A stretch of 64,000 bases of DNA from an uncultured Acidobacteriaceae bacterium (GTDB lineage: Bacteria; Acidobacteriota; Terriglobia; Terriglobales; Acidobacteriaceae): contig CAVUXX010000003.1 in the NCBI GenBank assembly GCA_963745555.1, positions 216,921 through 280,920 on the forward strand, written 5' to 3'. Shown in pieces: positions 23,328 to 32,151 of this stretch. Each line of letters opens with the position of its first letter. Position 1 is the first letter of the stretch. Under the pieces are notes generated by a model that was not told where the DNA came from, made no database searches, and saw nothing but the letters and a program-made list of their open reading frames with translations. Made by a program: the position numbers and the translations under genes.

Positions 23328-24780
23328 ATGACGAATGAGCCGATTTCCAGTACCGATCGTAGAACATTCATGAAGCAGGCCACAGGCACAATGCTCGCGG
23401 CAGGCATGAGCGCCAAGTCCTATGCGCGTGTCCTCGGAGCCAACGATCGGATTCGCTTGGGTCAACTCGGTTGTGGCGATCGCAGTGAAGGCCATGTGCA
23501 TATGGTCTCGCTGGCCGCCAAACAGATGCCGGTGGAAGTGGTTGCGGTCTGCGACATCTGGAGCCTGGCGCGGGAGCACCGGGCCGCCCAGGTGAAGCGA
23601 GCAATTCAACGATGAGCCGCAGAGCTTTAAATACTCTGAAGAGATGTTGGCGCTGAAGGACCTCGATGGCGTGATGATCGCCACGGGCGATTTCCAGCAC
23701 GCCAAGTTGTGTGCCGAGGTGGTGAGAGCGGGGAAGGACTGCTACGTCGAAAAGCCCTTTGCCAACGTACTCTCCGAGGCCATTGAGACACGCGACCTGG
23801 TGAAGCAGTCTAAACAAATTGTCCAGGTGGGTACGCAACACCGCAGTCAGCCCTATCCCCTCGCAGTGCGGGACATCATTCGTTCCGGGCGAATCGGCGA
23901 CATTGTCCATATCGAGCAGGAATGGAATGTCAATGAAGAGCGCTGGAGATTCACTCCGATGGACACCGGCATCAACAAGGAAAGGCTGATGGACATCCAC
24001 ATGGAGTGGAAGCAATGGCTCAATGGTCAAGCCTCGAAGCTTCGAGAAGAAGACACTGACTGGAAGCGGTGGCTGCTGGGGAAACCGGATCGTCCGTTCG
24101 ATCCTCATGTGTATCTCGAATTCAGGCTCTATAAAGACTTTTCCTCGGGCATCTTCGATCAGTGGCTCAGCCACGGCTGCGACCTGGTGCATCTTTGGAC
24201 GGATGAGGCGTATCCCGAAAGTGTCGTTGCCAACGGTGGCATCTTCGTCTGGAAAGATGGACGGGACAATCCCGATACGTGCGTCACGGCCATCGTCTAT
24301 CCAAAAGGATTTCTCTATACCTATAAGACGATCTTCGGCAACAGCTATCGAAGCTTTTCCAGAATTCACGGACGCGACGGAACCATCGAGAACTATGGCG
24401 GTGAGGGAGCTTCTCTGTTTTCGGTCACCCGCGAAGGAGGGAGGCAAGAATGCGATCCATGGGATACAGGGCCGGTCTACTCAAAACTTCCCATTGTCGG
24501 CCCTGCGCAAGACGGCGAGGAGATCTTGCATGTCCCGGGGGCGCCTGCGCCTAACTCACTCGGCCCGGACGATGACGATGTGGGTCATCTGGTGAACTGG
24601 CTTCAGTCGATGCAGACTCGGACACAGCCGAACGCCACTGTCGATCATGGTTTCTCACATGCGCTGGTGTGCATCATGGCGGCTCAGTCGTACTGGAGCG
24701 GCAAAAAACTGTACTGGGATCCGCGCAACCAACAGATCGTCGATCGTCCGGTCCCAGGGAACGCGGCCCGGGAAAGCTGA
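23328..24780 (+). CDS. Tat-exported Gfo/Idh/MocA NAD(P)-dependent oxidoreductase; +1 indel at ~23598
   Basis: DRRTFMKQ leader, GANDRIRLGQLGCG, VAVCDIW, ATGDFQHA, YVEKP, VQVGTQHRS. Removing one C joins ORFs 23328-23615 and 23644-24780 (VKEQFNDEPQ). Confidence 0.85.
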
Positions 24781-24797
24781 CGAAAGAGCGAGATGCG

Positions 24798-24935
24798 ATG
24801 AAGCCATTGAATGCCGTGGTGCAAGTGGAGTCATCGAGCAAGCTTCGCGGCACGGGACGAGTCAGACGGTGGATCGTCTGGACACTTTTTCTAACCTGAC
24901 CAACTACATCAGCCGTCAAACCTTCTCTGTTTTTG
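24798..24935 (+). pseudogene. 5' stub of an MFS sugar-acid transporter (ExuT-like)
   Basis: MKPL...RVRRWIVWTLFL* then TNYISRQTFSV in another frame; resembles the RWxIxxxLFxxTxINYxxRQ first helix of ACS/ExuT MFS carriers. Confidence 0.6.
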
Positions 24936-24986
24936 CGTCATTGATGTTTGGAAAAGTGAACATCCCCGCCTCGCGTAGTCGGACCG

Positions 24987-27497
24987 TCATATTGTCCCCT
25001 TGTCGACAGGACCGCGTTTCGGCGTTGGGAGGGGCACCGAGCCCTTTACGGTGACTGGGCAATCTTTCTCGAAGGGGAGGCCGTCTGCACCTTCAACGCG
25101 AAGATGAACCGTGTAGCTACCTTCACGGGTATACGCGTGCGTTAGCGTGGCGCCATCCGAAATCACTCCATCTCCGAAGTCCCAATGATAGGCCAGTGCC
25201 GGAACATGGTCTTCTTCGGCGGCTGCTTGAAAGCGAAGTTCTTCGCCGATCTTGCCCGTTGCCGGCACTTTGGCGGTGATCGAAGGGGCCTGCGGGGCGA
25301 TCGACTCATCCAGGATTTTGAGCAGCGTTACAAAATGGGCCGGCTGGTTTTCAATGCGCAGTTCAATGGAATTGAAAGCGATTTGTTGCTCTGGCTGGAA
25401 GACATCGATTACGCGATAGTAATGGTCCGGTGAGAACCCGAGGTCGGCGAAGCTGAAGGCATGCGAATTCGGATGCTCCGTCCAGTTGAATACCGCCAGC
25501 ATTGCCTGTCGGGAGTCTTCCCGAAGCAGAAAGATTCCCGGCTGCCCGTCCTCGGGGCGATATGTCAGCAAGTCGAGAGGTCGTGCCGCATTTCCAAGTT
25601 TAATCATCTGCAAGATATCGCGATTGGTGACCAGTGCGAGGCGGTCCGGGTCCTGGCCCAAAGTAGGCAGGTCATCGCCAAGTTCAAACATGCCGCCCGA
25701 AACCGCTGCCAGCGTGACCGAGACCCGAGCCTCATTCAGCGTAAGCGGCGCCTGAATGTGGCGATCTTCGATCATCTGACGCGAGATCGTCAAAGCATCA
25801 GGATCGCTGAGGAAGAAATTGTGCTGCATGTAATAGCGCGCTGCGATGCCGGGAGCCGCCTCTTTGCTACGTTGGAAGGCGTGACCGGTATCTTGCGAGA
25901 GACGTCCCTCGTCCACTAGCCCAACTGGATTCAGCATGGGGCTTCCATCCTTGTCCAGCAGGACGTGCTCGCCCACTGCTTCGCGAATGATTTGCAAACC
26001 AATCCGCTGGGCCTCGAGCGCTGTGGTTTGGGGACGATAGTAGTAGCCTTCAATGGCCGTGTTGTCCATGAAGTCCAGCTTGATGTAAGTCGCTCCCCAT
26101 TCCTTGACGAGCGTTTCATAGGTCCTGCGGAGATACTGTTGCGCCTCCGGATTAGTTGTATCCAACACAAACAGAGCTTCTCTTCCTGCTTCGGTTCCCA
26201 CCCCGATTTGAATTGGTTCGCCCTGTGCGTTGTGCACCAGCCAAGCCTTGTGATTCTGATAGACAGATGATCGATCGCTCACCTCAAACGGAGCTGTCCA
26301 GAATCCCATTTTCAATCCCAGGCGGGTCACGTCGCGAGTCAGTGGGATCAGCCCGTTCGGAAACTGGGCAATGTTGGGTGTGGTGTATTCTCCCCGCGCA
26401 TAAGCGTAACCAAGATCAAGGTGAAAGTAATCGAATCCCCGATCTTTCAGGTGCTCTGCAAGCCATTGCGCGTTGGTCCAGGTATTTCCCTCGGTGATGC
26501 CGGAATAAAAAGCAGTCCAACTCCACCAGCCAAGCATGGGTCCTGCGCCGAAGCGGCTGTGGTGCAGTAGGCGAATGGCAGCGCCGTACGTGTCGAGAAT
26601 CGTGTAGTAGTTATTCCCCACGGCAAACATGAGGCGCTCAGAGCTGAGCGTGGTATCTGGCGCCACAGGCAGTCTGAGTTCCACCAGGCTCTTTGCGGGA
26701 CCATGCCGTAAGCCCGATTCTGGATCGGTCGCCTGGATCTCAGTAGTTCCTGTTGAATCGACTGTGTAAGAAGCAACTTCCGCAGAGTGCTGAGCGTCGG
26801 AGTTTGCCGTGAGGTGCATGATTGTCAGAAAGCGGTCGGAAGTAAGGGCGCCAAAGAAAATGGATTCTTTGCTCTCCCGGTTATAGACGAGCTGACTGCC
26901 GACAGCACGGTGCATCCCGCCGGGCGCCTTGCCCAGATCGTATATTTTCAACGGTGGCCAGTCTTCGCTGAAGCTATCTGAAAGAACGCGGTCGCTGCTC
27001 TCAGGCGCGCTTAAGTTGAGGGACCGATCACCTATCGCCTCAACGGAACGCAACGATTGCACTGTCACGGATTTTCCAGTATGGTTCCGAATCTCGACCC
27101 GAATTTCCCCGGCGTCGATATTGTCATAAAGCCGAATCACATAGGAGAGGTCCGGCCGGGAGGGGAGCCCGCTGCACTGGACGGTCGCTTCCTGACCGTG
27201 TCCGAGAGCATCGTCGAATGAGGACTCGCTGATCTGGTGTTGTGGATAGTCGCTTGAGGTGACCCAGTTTTCATCCACTCTAACTGCAACTCGAGCGTGG
27301 ATCGCGGAATGGTTCTCGAGCCCGATCTCGTAAGAACCATCGCCGGAGTGGACGATGACGGATTCCTGCTTATTGCGCAGGGTGGTGTCAGCCGCGTGAG
27401 CCAACTGCGCCAGGCTCAGGATTGTGGCCACAGCCCCAATTCCGGGCATAGCCCAGTACGCGCGTGAGCCGATTTGTGTCTGTCTTGGTTCTCTCAA
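24987..27497 (-). CDS. Secreted clan GH-D (GH36/GH27-like) glycoside hydrolase with PKD domain, paralog B
   Basis: MLGWWSW, FHLDLGY, YIKLDF, GRLSQDTGH, GGMFELGDDLPTLG, WDFGDG; co-linear with 17598-20154. Confidence 0.85.
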   Translation of the reverse strand: MREPRQTQIGSRAYWAMPGIGAVATILSLAQLAHAADTTLRNKQESVIVHSGDGSYEIGLENHSAIHARVAVRVDENWVTSSDYPQHQISESSFDDALGHGQEATVQCSGLPSRPDLSYVIRLYDNIDAGEIRVEIRNHTGKSVTVQSLRSVEAIGDRSLNLSAPESSDRVLSDSFSEDWPPLKIYDLGKAPGGMHRAVGSQLVYNRESKESIFFGALTSDRFLTIMHLTANSDAQHSAEVASYTVDSTGTTEIQATDPESGLRHGPAKSLVELRLPVAPDTTLSSERLMFAVGNNYYTILDTYGAAIRLLHHSRFGAGPMLGWWSWTAFYSGITEGNTWTNAQWLAEHLKDRGFDYFHLDLGYAYARGEYTTPNIAQFPNGLIPLTRDVTRLGLKMGFWTAPFEVSDRSSVYQNHKAWLVHNAQGEPIQIGVGTEAGREALFVLDTTNPEAQQYLRRTYETLVKEWGATYIKLDFMDNTAIEGYYYRPQTTALEAQRIGLQIIREAVGEHVLLDKDGSPMLNPVGLVDEGRLSQDTGHAFQRSKEAAPGIAARYYMQHNFFLSDPDALTISRQMIEDRHIQAPLTLNEARVSVTLAAVSGGMFELGDDLPTLGQDPDRLALVTNRDILQMIKLGNAARPLDLLTYRPEDGQPGIFLLREDSRQAMLAVFNWTEHPNSHAFSFADLGFSPDHYYRVIDVFQPEQQIAFNSIELRIENQPAHFVTLLKILDESIAPQAPSITAKVPATGKIGEELRFQAAAEEDHVPALAYHWDFGDGVISDGATLTHAYTREGSYTVHLRVEGADGLPFEKDCPVTVKGSVPLPTPKRGPVDKGTI

Positions 27498-27571
27498 TTG
27501 CGTTGTCCCTCACCGTAGACATGAATTGCACTTTTTGATTCCGGCGCGCGATTTGCCTGAATTCGAGCCGC

Positions 27572-28468
27572 TCAAGAAGACCGCCTTCGCTTCGAAATCT
27601 TGGCGATCTGCGGATGGGTTTTGGCCCCCGCGACAATAACCTGAACTCCGAGATCTTTGAGCGTTTTCAGATCTGCCGGCGAGGTGCCGGAATCGGTGAT
27701 GAGCGTCGTCAACTCCGTGACAGGCCCCACGTAGGCAAAGCCCTGCTTGCCGAATTTGCTGTGATCGACCAGCGCTATGCGCATTTTTGCGGATTTGATG
27801 ATGGCCTTCTTGATGGTGGCCTCGGCGTGACTGGCCGTAGACATGCCATACCCTGGATCGATGCCACTCACCCCCAGAAAAGCCTTATCGACACGAATTT
27901 CACCTATCGACCGCTGCGCCCAGGCCCCCGACAAATAGAACACATCCTGCTGCAGGTCGCCTCCAGTACACATGACATTGATCTCCGGATACCGCTGCAG
28001 CTGGCAAAGAATAAGCGGGGAATTTGTGACGACCGTAAGGTGATTGCGGTGCTGCAATCGGAGAGCGACCTCAGAGACAGTGGTACTCCCCTCCAAAAAG
28101 ATGGTGTCGCCGTCGAGGATCATCCTCGCCGCCTCGACCGCGATCGCCTGCTTTTCTTCGCGATTCGTGCGCCCCTGTGTGTCATACGAAGGCTGGAAAC
28201 TGGTTGTGGGAGACTTGGAGACTGCGCCCCCATGCGAACGAACCAGCAACCCTTTGCGTTCGAGATCCGCCAGATCCCGCCTGACCGTCGCCGCCGTCAC
28301 TCCAAGAATATCGATTAGTTCAGAAGCGCTTACAGTGCGCTGCCGCGAAAGGAGTTCGGAAATTCGAAACCGCCGTTCTTCCGCCAGCAAGGACTGACCC
28401 CACTTAGTAGGTTGCGTGATGGTCACGTCGAGCCGACCACCAAGTTTGCAATCAGCGACAAGGTACAC
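27572..28468 (-). CDS. DeoR/GlpR/AgaR family transcriptional regulator (true start probably 28426 or 28389)
   Basis: LLAEERR, TVRRDLADLE, RSHGGA, EKQAIA, IFLEGSTT, VVTNS, DHSKFG. Confidence 0.92.
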   Translation of the reverse strand: MYLVADCKLGGRLDVTITQPTKWGQSLLAEERRFRISELLSRQRTVSASELIDILGVTAATVRRDLADLERKGLLVRSHGGAVSKSPTTSFQPSYDTQGRTNREEKQAIAVEAARMILDGDTIFLEGSTTVSEVALRLQHRNHLTVVTNSPLILCQLQRYPEINVMCTGGDLQQDVFYLSGAWAQRSIGEIRVDKAFLGVSGIDPGYGMSTASHAEATIKKAIIKSAKMRIALVDHSKFGKQGFAYVGPVTELTTLITDSGTSPADLKTLKDLGVQVIVAGAKTHPQIAKISKRRRSS

Positions 28469-28560
28469 TTTTCAATCGAAAGCTGCACACCTGTCAACCG
28501 CGACTTTGCGCTTGAATGCAGTTTAGAAAAATGCGGCAGTCGCTGCATCAAGGCAAATTG

Positions 28561-28605
28561 CGAATATAATCGATCACAAAGTGACATTTTCGATCATAAT
28601 CGATT
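28561..28605. promoter_or_regulatory. Putative DeoR operator array overlapping a TATAAT -10 box of the aldolase operon
   Basis: CGAAT/CGATC/(GTGAC)/CGATC/CGATT starting at 28561, 28571, 28581, 28591 and 28601 (10-bp phasing); TATAAT at 28565. Confidence 0.5.
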
Positions 28606-28663
28606 TGGTGGGAAAATGTTCACCAAATACTCTTAGGCGGAATGACAAACGCGGGGTGGGGTT

Positions 28664-29458
28664 TTGAGTGATTTTGGGAAGAAGATACGGCTCAACCGCA
28701 TTCTCAATGAGCCGGGGCGCGGTACCCTGGCGGTGGCTTTTGATCATGCTCTGGTAGTCGGCCCAATTCCGGGAACGGAAGATCCATGCGGCCAGATTTC
28801 CCGCTTTGTGGAAGCCCGTGTGGATGCTTTGCTGTTGAACCTTGGCCTGATTCAACGCTGCAATGCCTGTTTTCCGCGAGCGGCAACACCCGGGATCATC
28901 GCCAGAATCGACTGGACGACCATCTGGAATTCGCTCAGCCAGGGCGAGCATGGCGTGATGCGCAGCTGCATGCTCGGGAGCGCAGAAGATGCATTGCGGC
29001 TCGGCGCGGATGCCGTCCTCAGCTATCTCGTAGTGGGGACCGGCGATGCTGATTTCGAAGCGAACGAGATCGCTCGCAATGCGCAGCTTGCGCGCGAATG
29101 CGAGCGGTTGGGCATTCCCCTGGTCATCGAGACGCTGGCGCGTGGCAAGCAGGTGCAGAACCCTGCCGATCCGCAATGGATCACACGGCATACGCGGATC
29201 GCGACAGAACTGGGAGCCGATGTTATCAAGACCGACTACGCCGGCAGTGTTGCGAGCATGCGCGCGGTGGTAGAGGGCTGTCCGCTTCCGATCCTGGTTC
29301 TCGGCGGCAGCCAGAACGATGGAGCGATGGATGTGGTTCGGGGCGTCAGGGAGGCGGGAGCCGCAGGGGTCTTCTTCGGGCGCAATGTTTTCCAGTCCCA
29401 GGACATGGCGGGATTTCTGAAGCAGGCCCGCAGCATTCTCAACGGAGAAGGGAAATGA
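28664..29458 (+). CDS. Class I (DhnA/LsrF-type) aldolase
   Basis: VAFDHAL, EDALRLGADAV, ELGADVIKTDY (Schiff-base Lys), ILVLGG, GVFFGRNVFQ. Confidence 0.88.
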   Translation: MSDFGKKIRLNRILNEPGRGTLAVAFDHALVVGPIPGTEDPCGQISRFVEARVDALLLNLGLIQRCNACFPRAATPGIIARIDWTTIWNSLSQGEHGVMRSCMLGSAEDALRLGADAVLSYLVVGTGDADFEANEIARNAQLARECERLGIPLVIETLARGKQVQNPADPQWITRHTRIATELGADVIKTDYAGSVASMRAVVEGCPLPILVLGGSQNDGAMDVVRGVREAGAAGVFFGRNVFQSQDMAGFLKQARSILNGEGK

Positions 29459-30645
29459 GCTTCGTTCCCGTCGAGCACGTGCCGGACGTTCTCGATGGCC
29501 GCGCGGGCTTTTGCCTGCGTGGAGAGTGGGGACATCTCTCGGCAGTTCTGGGCGGAGGGCACATTTGCCAACTGGTGAAGCGAAGCCATCCGGATCTGAA
29601 TCCGCTGTGGCGCCCGCAATGGCACACGATCGATCCCGAGCGATTTTCTCCGAACGGCGACGAAGACAGATTCGGTGGTCCGCCCGATGGGCGGCTGCTT
29701 GCCGGCATTGCCGGACACAGCCTCAGCTTCGATCATTTCGGGCCGCCCTCGCAGGAAGAGATGGCTGCGGGTCTGAGCACCCATGGAGAGGCGCCTATCG
29801 TACTGTGGCAGATCTTTCGCGAGTTTCAAGAAGGCCAGCCAGGGGTCGAATACGGTGCTGAGTTGCCGGTCGCGCAGATTGATTTCAGGCGAACTCTGCG
29901 CATCGATCCGGTACACCCGGTGGTGTATTGCGAAGAAAAGGCGCGCAACCTGGCCCGTGCCGATCGCCCGATCTCCTGGACTGAGCACGTCACCATTGGG
30001 CCGCCGTTTCTGGCGTGTGGTGCGACCCTCGTGGATATGCCAGCGACGCAGGCCAAGGTGAACCCTGCCAGCTACAGCGACGCGATGATGATCACTCCGG
30101 ACGCCGAGTTCCAGTGGCCGCGGGCTCCGCTCCAGGGCGGCGGTTTTCACGATTTGAGAACTACTCCCGATGGCTGCTATTTACGGTACACAGCGCAACT
30201 GCTCGATCCCGGCCGTGCAATGGGGTACACGGCAATCGCCAATCCCAGCGCTGGATTACTGCTCGTTTATGTCTTCCGGCGAACGGATTTTCCCTGGGTT
30301 GGTAATTGGGAGGAACGGTTCTATCTGAAGACCGCTCCCTGGGGTGGAAAGACCTTTTGCCGGGGCATTGAGTTCAGCTCGACCCCGCTCGCGGCTCCCA
30401 AGCGTCAGACGGTTTCTCAAGGACCGCTGTTTAATGAATCGACCTACCGCTGGCTTCCAGCTCTCTCCGAAACCACGGTCCGTTACATGACGCTGCTGGT
30501 CGACATCCCCGCGGATTTCCAGGGAGTCGAGGAGGTTTCGGTCGAGGCTGCCCGGATCGTCATCCGCGAGACGGGCAATCGGAAGACCTATGCCATTCCA
30601 GCTGACGGTTCATTCCTGACGGGAGACGCTACCGGACTGCGATGA
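29455..30645 (+). CDS. Aldose-1-epimerase (mutarotase)-like beta-sandwich protein
   Basis: Starts MSFVPVEH by ATGA overlap with the aldolase stop; STHGEA, WTEHVTIG, RGIEF resemble mutarotase-fold His/Glu motifs. Confidence 0.5.
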   Translation: MSFVPVEHVPDVLDGRAGFCLRGEWGHLSAVLGGGHICQLVKRSHPDLNPLWRPQWHTIDPERFSPNGDEDRFGGPPDGRLLAGIAGHSLSFDHFGPPSQEEMAAGLSTHGEAPIVLWQIFREFQEGQPGVEYGAELPVAQIDFRRTLRIDPVHPVVYCEEKARNLARADRPISWTEHVTIGPPFLACGATLVDMPATQAKVNPASYSDAMMITPDAEFQWPRAPLQGGGFHDLRTTPDGCYLRYTAQLLDPGRAMGYTAIANPSAGLLLVYVFRRTDFPWVGNWEERFYLKTAPWGGKTFCRGIEFSSTPLAAPKRQTVSQGPLFNESTYRWLPALSETTVRYMTLLVDIPADFQGVEEVSVEAARIVIRETGNRKTYAIPADGSFLTGDATGLR

Positions 30646-32138
30646 GTTTTCTCTCCATCGACGTGGGATCGAGTCGCTGCAAGGCGGCCATCTTCTCCTC
30701 TTCCGGAGAGTTGCTGGCCATGCGTTCCGCCGCTTATGCGCCGCACTGTCCTTGCCCAGGCTTCGCCGAACTGAAGGCCAGCACTTTTCTAGATATCGCC
30801 TTCGCTCTCGCAAGGGAATTGGCTTGCATTCCGGAAGGCGAAGCCATCAAGGCGGTTTGCATCAGTTCGCATGGAGAGACCGTGATTCCTGTTTCTGCGG
30901 CAGGACAAGCTCTCGGCCCGGCGATTCTGAACATGGATGTGCGCGCCACCAGGGAAGCGGCCTGGATGGAAGACGAAATCGGGCGCAGGCAGCTTTTTAT
31001 GCTGACCGGACATACGAGCCACGCCATGTATTCCATCCCGAAGCTCATCTGGTTACGCACCCATTCCCCGGAGATATTCCATTCAGCCAGCAGCTTCCAG
31101 AGCGTCACCAGTTTTCTGCTGCTCCAGCTGGGCCTTCCTCCGTTAGTCGACTACTCGCACGCATCCCGCTTTATGGCCTTTGATGTAAACCACCGCACCT
31201 GGTCTACGGATTTGCTTGACCTGGCGCAGATATCGTCGCAGGCTCTGCCTCTTCCCGTGCAGGCCGGCACAGTGGCGGGAAAACTGGACAGCATTGCGGC
31301 CGCCAAACTGGGGGTTGCCGCCGGCACTCCGGTGGTGGTGGGTGGACACGACCAGGTCATTGGGGCCGTCGGACTCGGCGTGATTCAAGCAGGACGAGCC
31401 GCGGGCTCACTGGGGACGTATGAATGTGTCACGGTCGCCTGCGATCGCTTGCTCCTGAATGACGCAGCGCTCGATTCCAGCCTCAACTCCTACCCAAGTG
31501 CGGTTCCAGGCCAGTTCGTCACCATCGCCTACTTCCCGGGCGGCATCATGATGCAATGGCTCGCCAACCTTCTCCACGAACCGGGGAACGGGGAAGAGGA
31601 ATACCATTTTGGGGACCTGGAATCGGCGGCTCCCGCAGGTCCAACTGGACTGCTGATTACGCCCCACCTGATCGGCAGTTGCAACCCCGAGTTCGACGCA
31701 CAGGCGCGCGGAACCATCAGCGGACTTACCTTCGACAGCACGCGCTCTCACCTGTACAAGGGAATTCTGGAAGGCATCGCGGCGGAACTGGCGATCGTTA
31801 CCGAGTGCCTCGAGAATGCCGGCTGCGCCTTCAGCGATATCAATGTATTCGGCGGCGGAGTACGCTCCTCGCTGGGGCTGCGTCTGCGCGCCGCGTTCAC
31901 GCACAAGCGGCTGCACATCATGAGTTGCCAGGATTCGGTTTGCCTCGGCGGAGCCATGCTGGCCAGCGTTGCGGTGGGCGTCCATCCTGATCTTAAGTCC
32001 GCCGTAAAGGCTATGGTTCGCGAGCAGGAATGCGTTTCAGACGATCCGCTCCTCGCCGAACAATACAAGGAACAATGCAAGAGTTATCGCCAATTGCGCT
32101 CAATGCTTGTGCATCGCCACAATCAACAAAACCCGTAA
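30642..32138 (+). CDS. FGGY family carbohydrate kinase
   Basis: LSIDVGSSRCK, ISSHGET, AILNMDVR, IPKLIWLR, GGHDQ, GILEGIA, VFGGG. Confidence 0.9.
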   Translation: MSFLSIDVGSSRCKAAIFSSSGELLAMRSAAYAPHCPCPGFAELKASTFLDIAFALARELACIPEGEAIKAVCISSHGETVIPVSAAGQALGPAILNMDVRATREAAWMEDEIGRRQLFMLTGHTSHAMYSIPKLIWLRTHSPEIFHSASSFQSVTSFLLLQLGLPPLVDYSHASRFMAFDVNHRTWSTDLLDLAQISSQALPLPVQAGTVAGKLDSIAAAKLGVAAGTPVVVGGHDQVIGAVGLGVIQAGRAAGSLGTYECVTVACDRLLLNDAALDSSLNSYPSAVPGQFVTIAYFPGGIMMQWLANLLHEPGNGEEEYHFGDLESAAPAGPTGLLITPHLIGSCNPEFDAQARGTISGLTFDSTRSHLYKGILEGIAAELAIVTECLENAGCAFSDINVFGGGVRSSLGLRLRAAFTHKRLHIMSCQDSVCLGGAMLASVAVGVHPDLKSAVKAMVREQECVSDDPLLAEQYKEQCKSYRQLRSMLVHRHNQQNP

Positions 32139-32151
32139 GAGGAGAGGAATC

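Noticed and set aside
23368-24447. 359-aa minus-strand ORF
   Set aside because: Antisense to the Gfo/Idh/MocA gene, with no motifs
29098-29454. N-terminal 119 aa of the 515-aa ORF
   Set aside because: Overlaps the aldolase in another frame; the ATGA-coupled start at 29455 is more plausible
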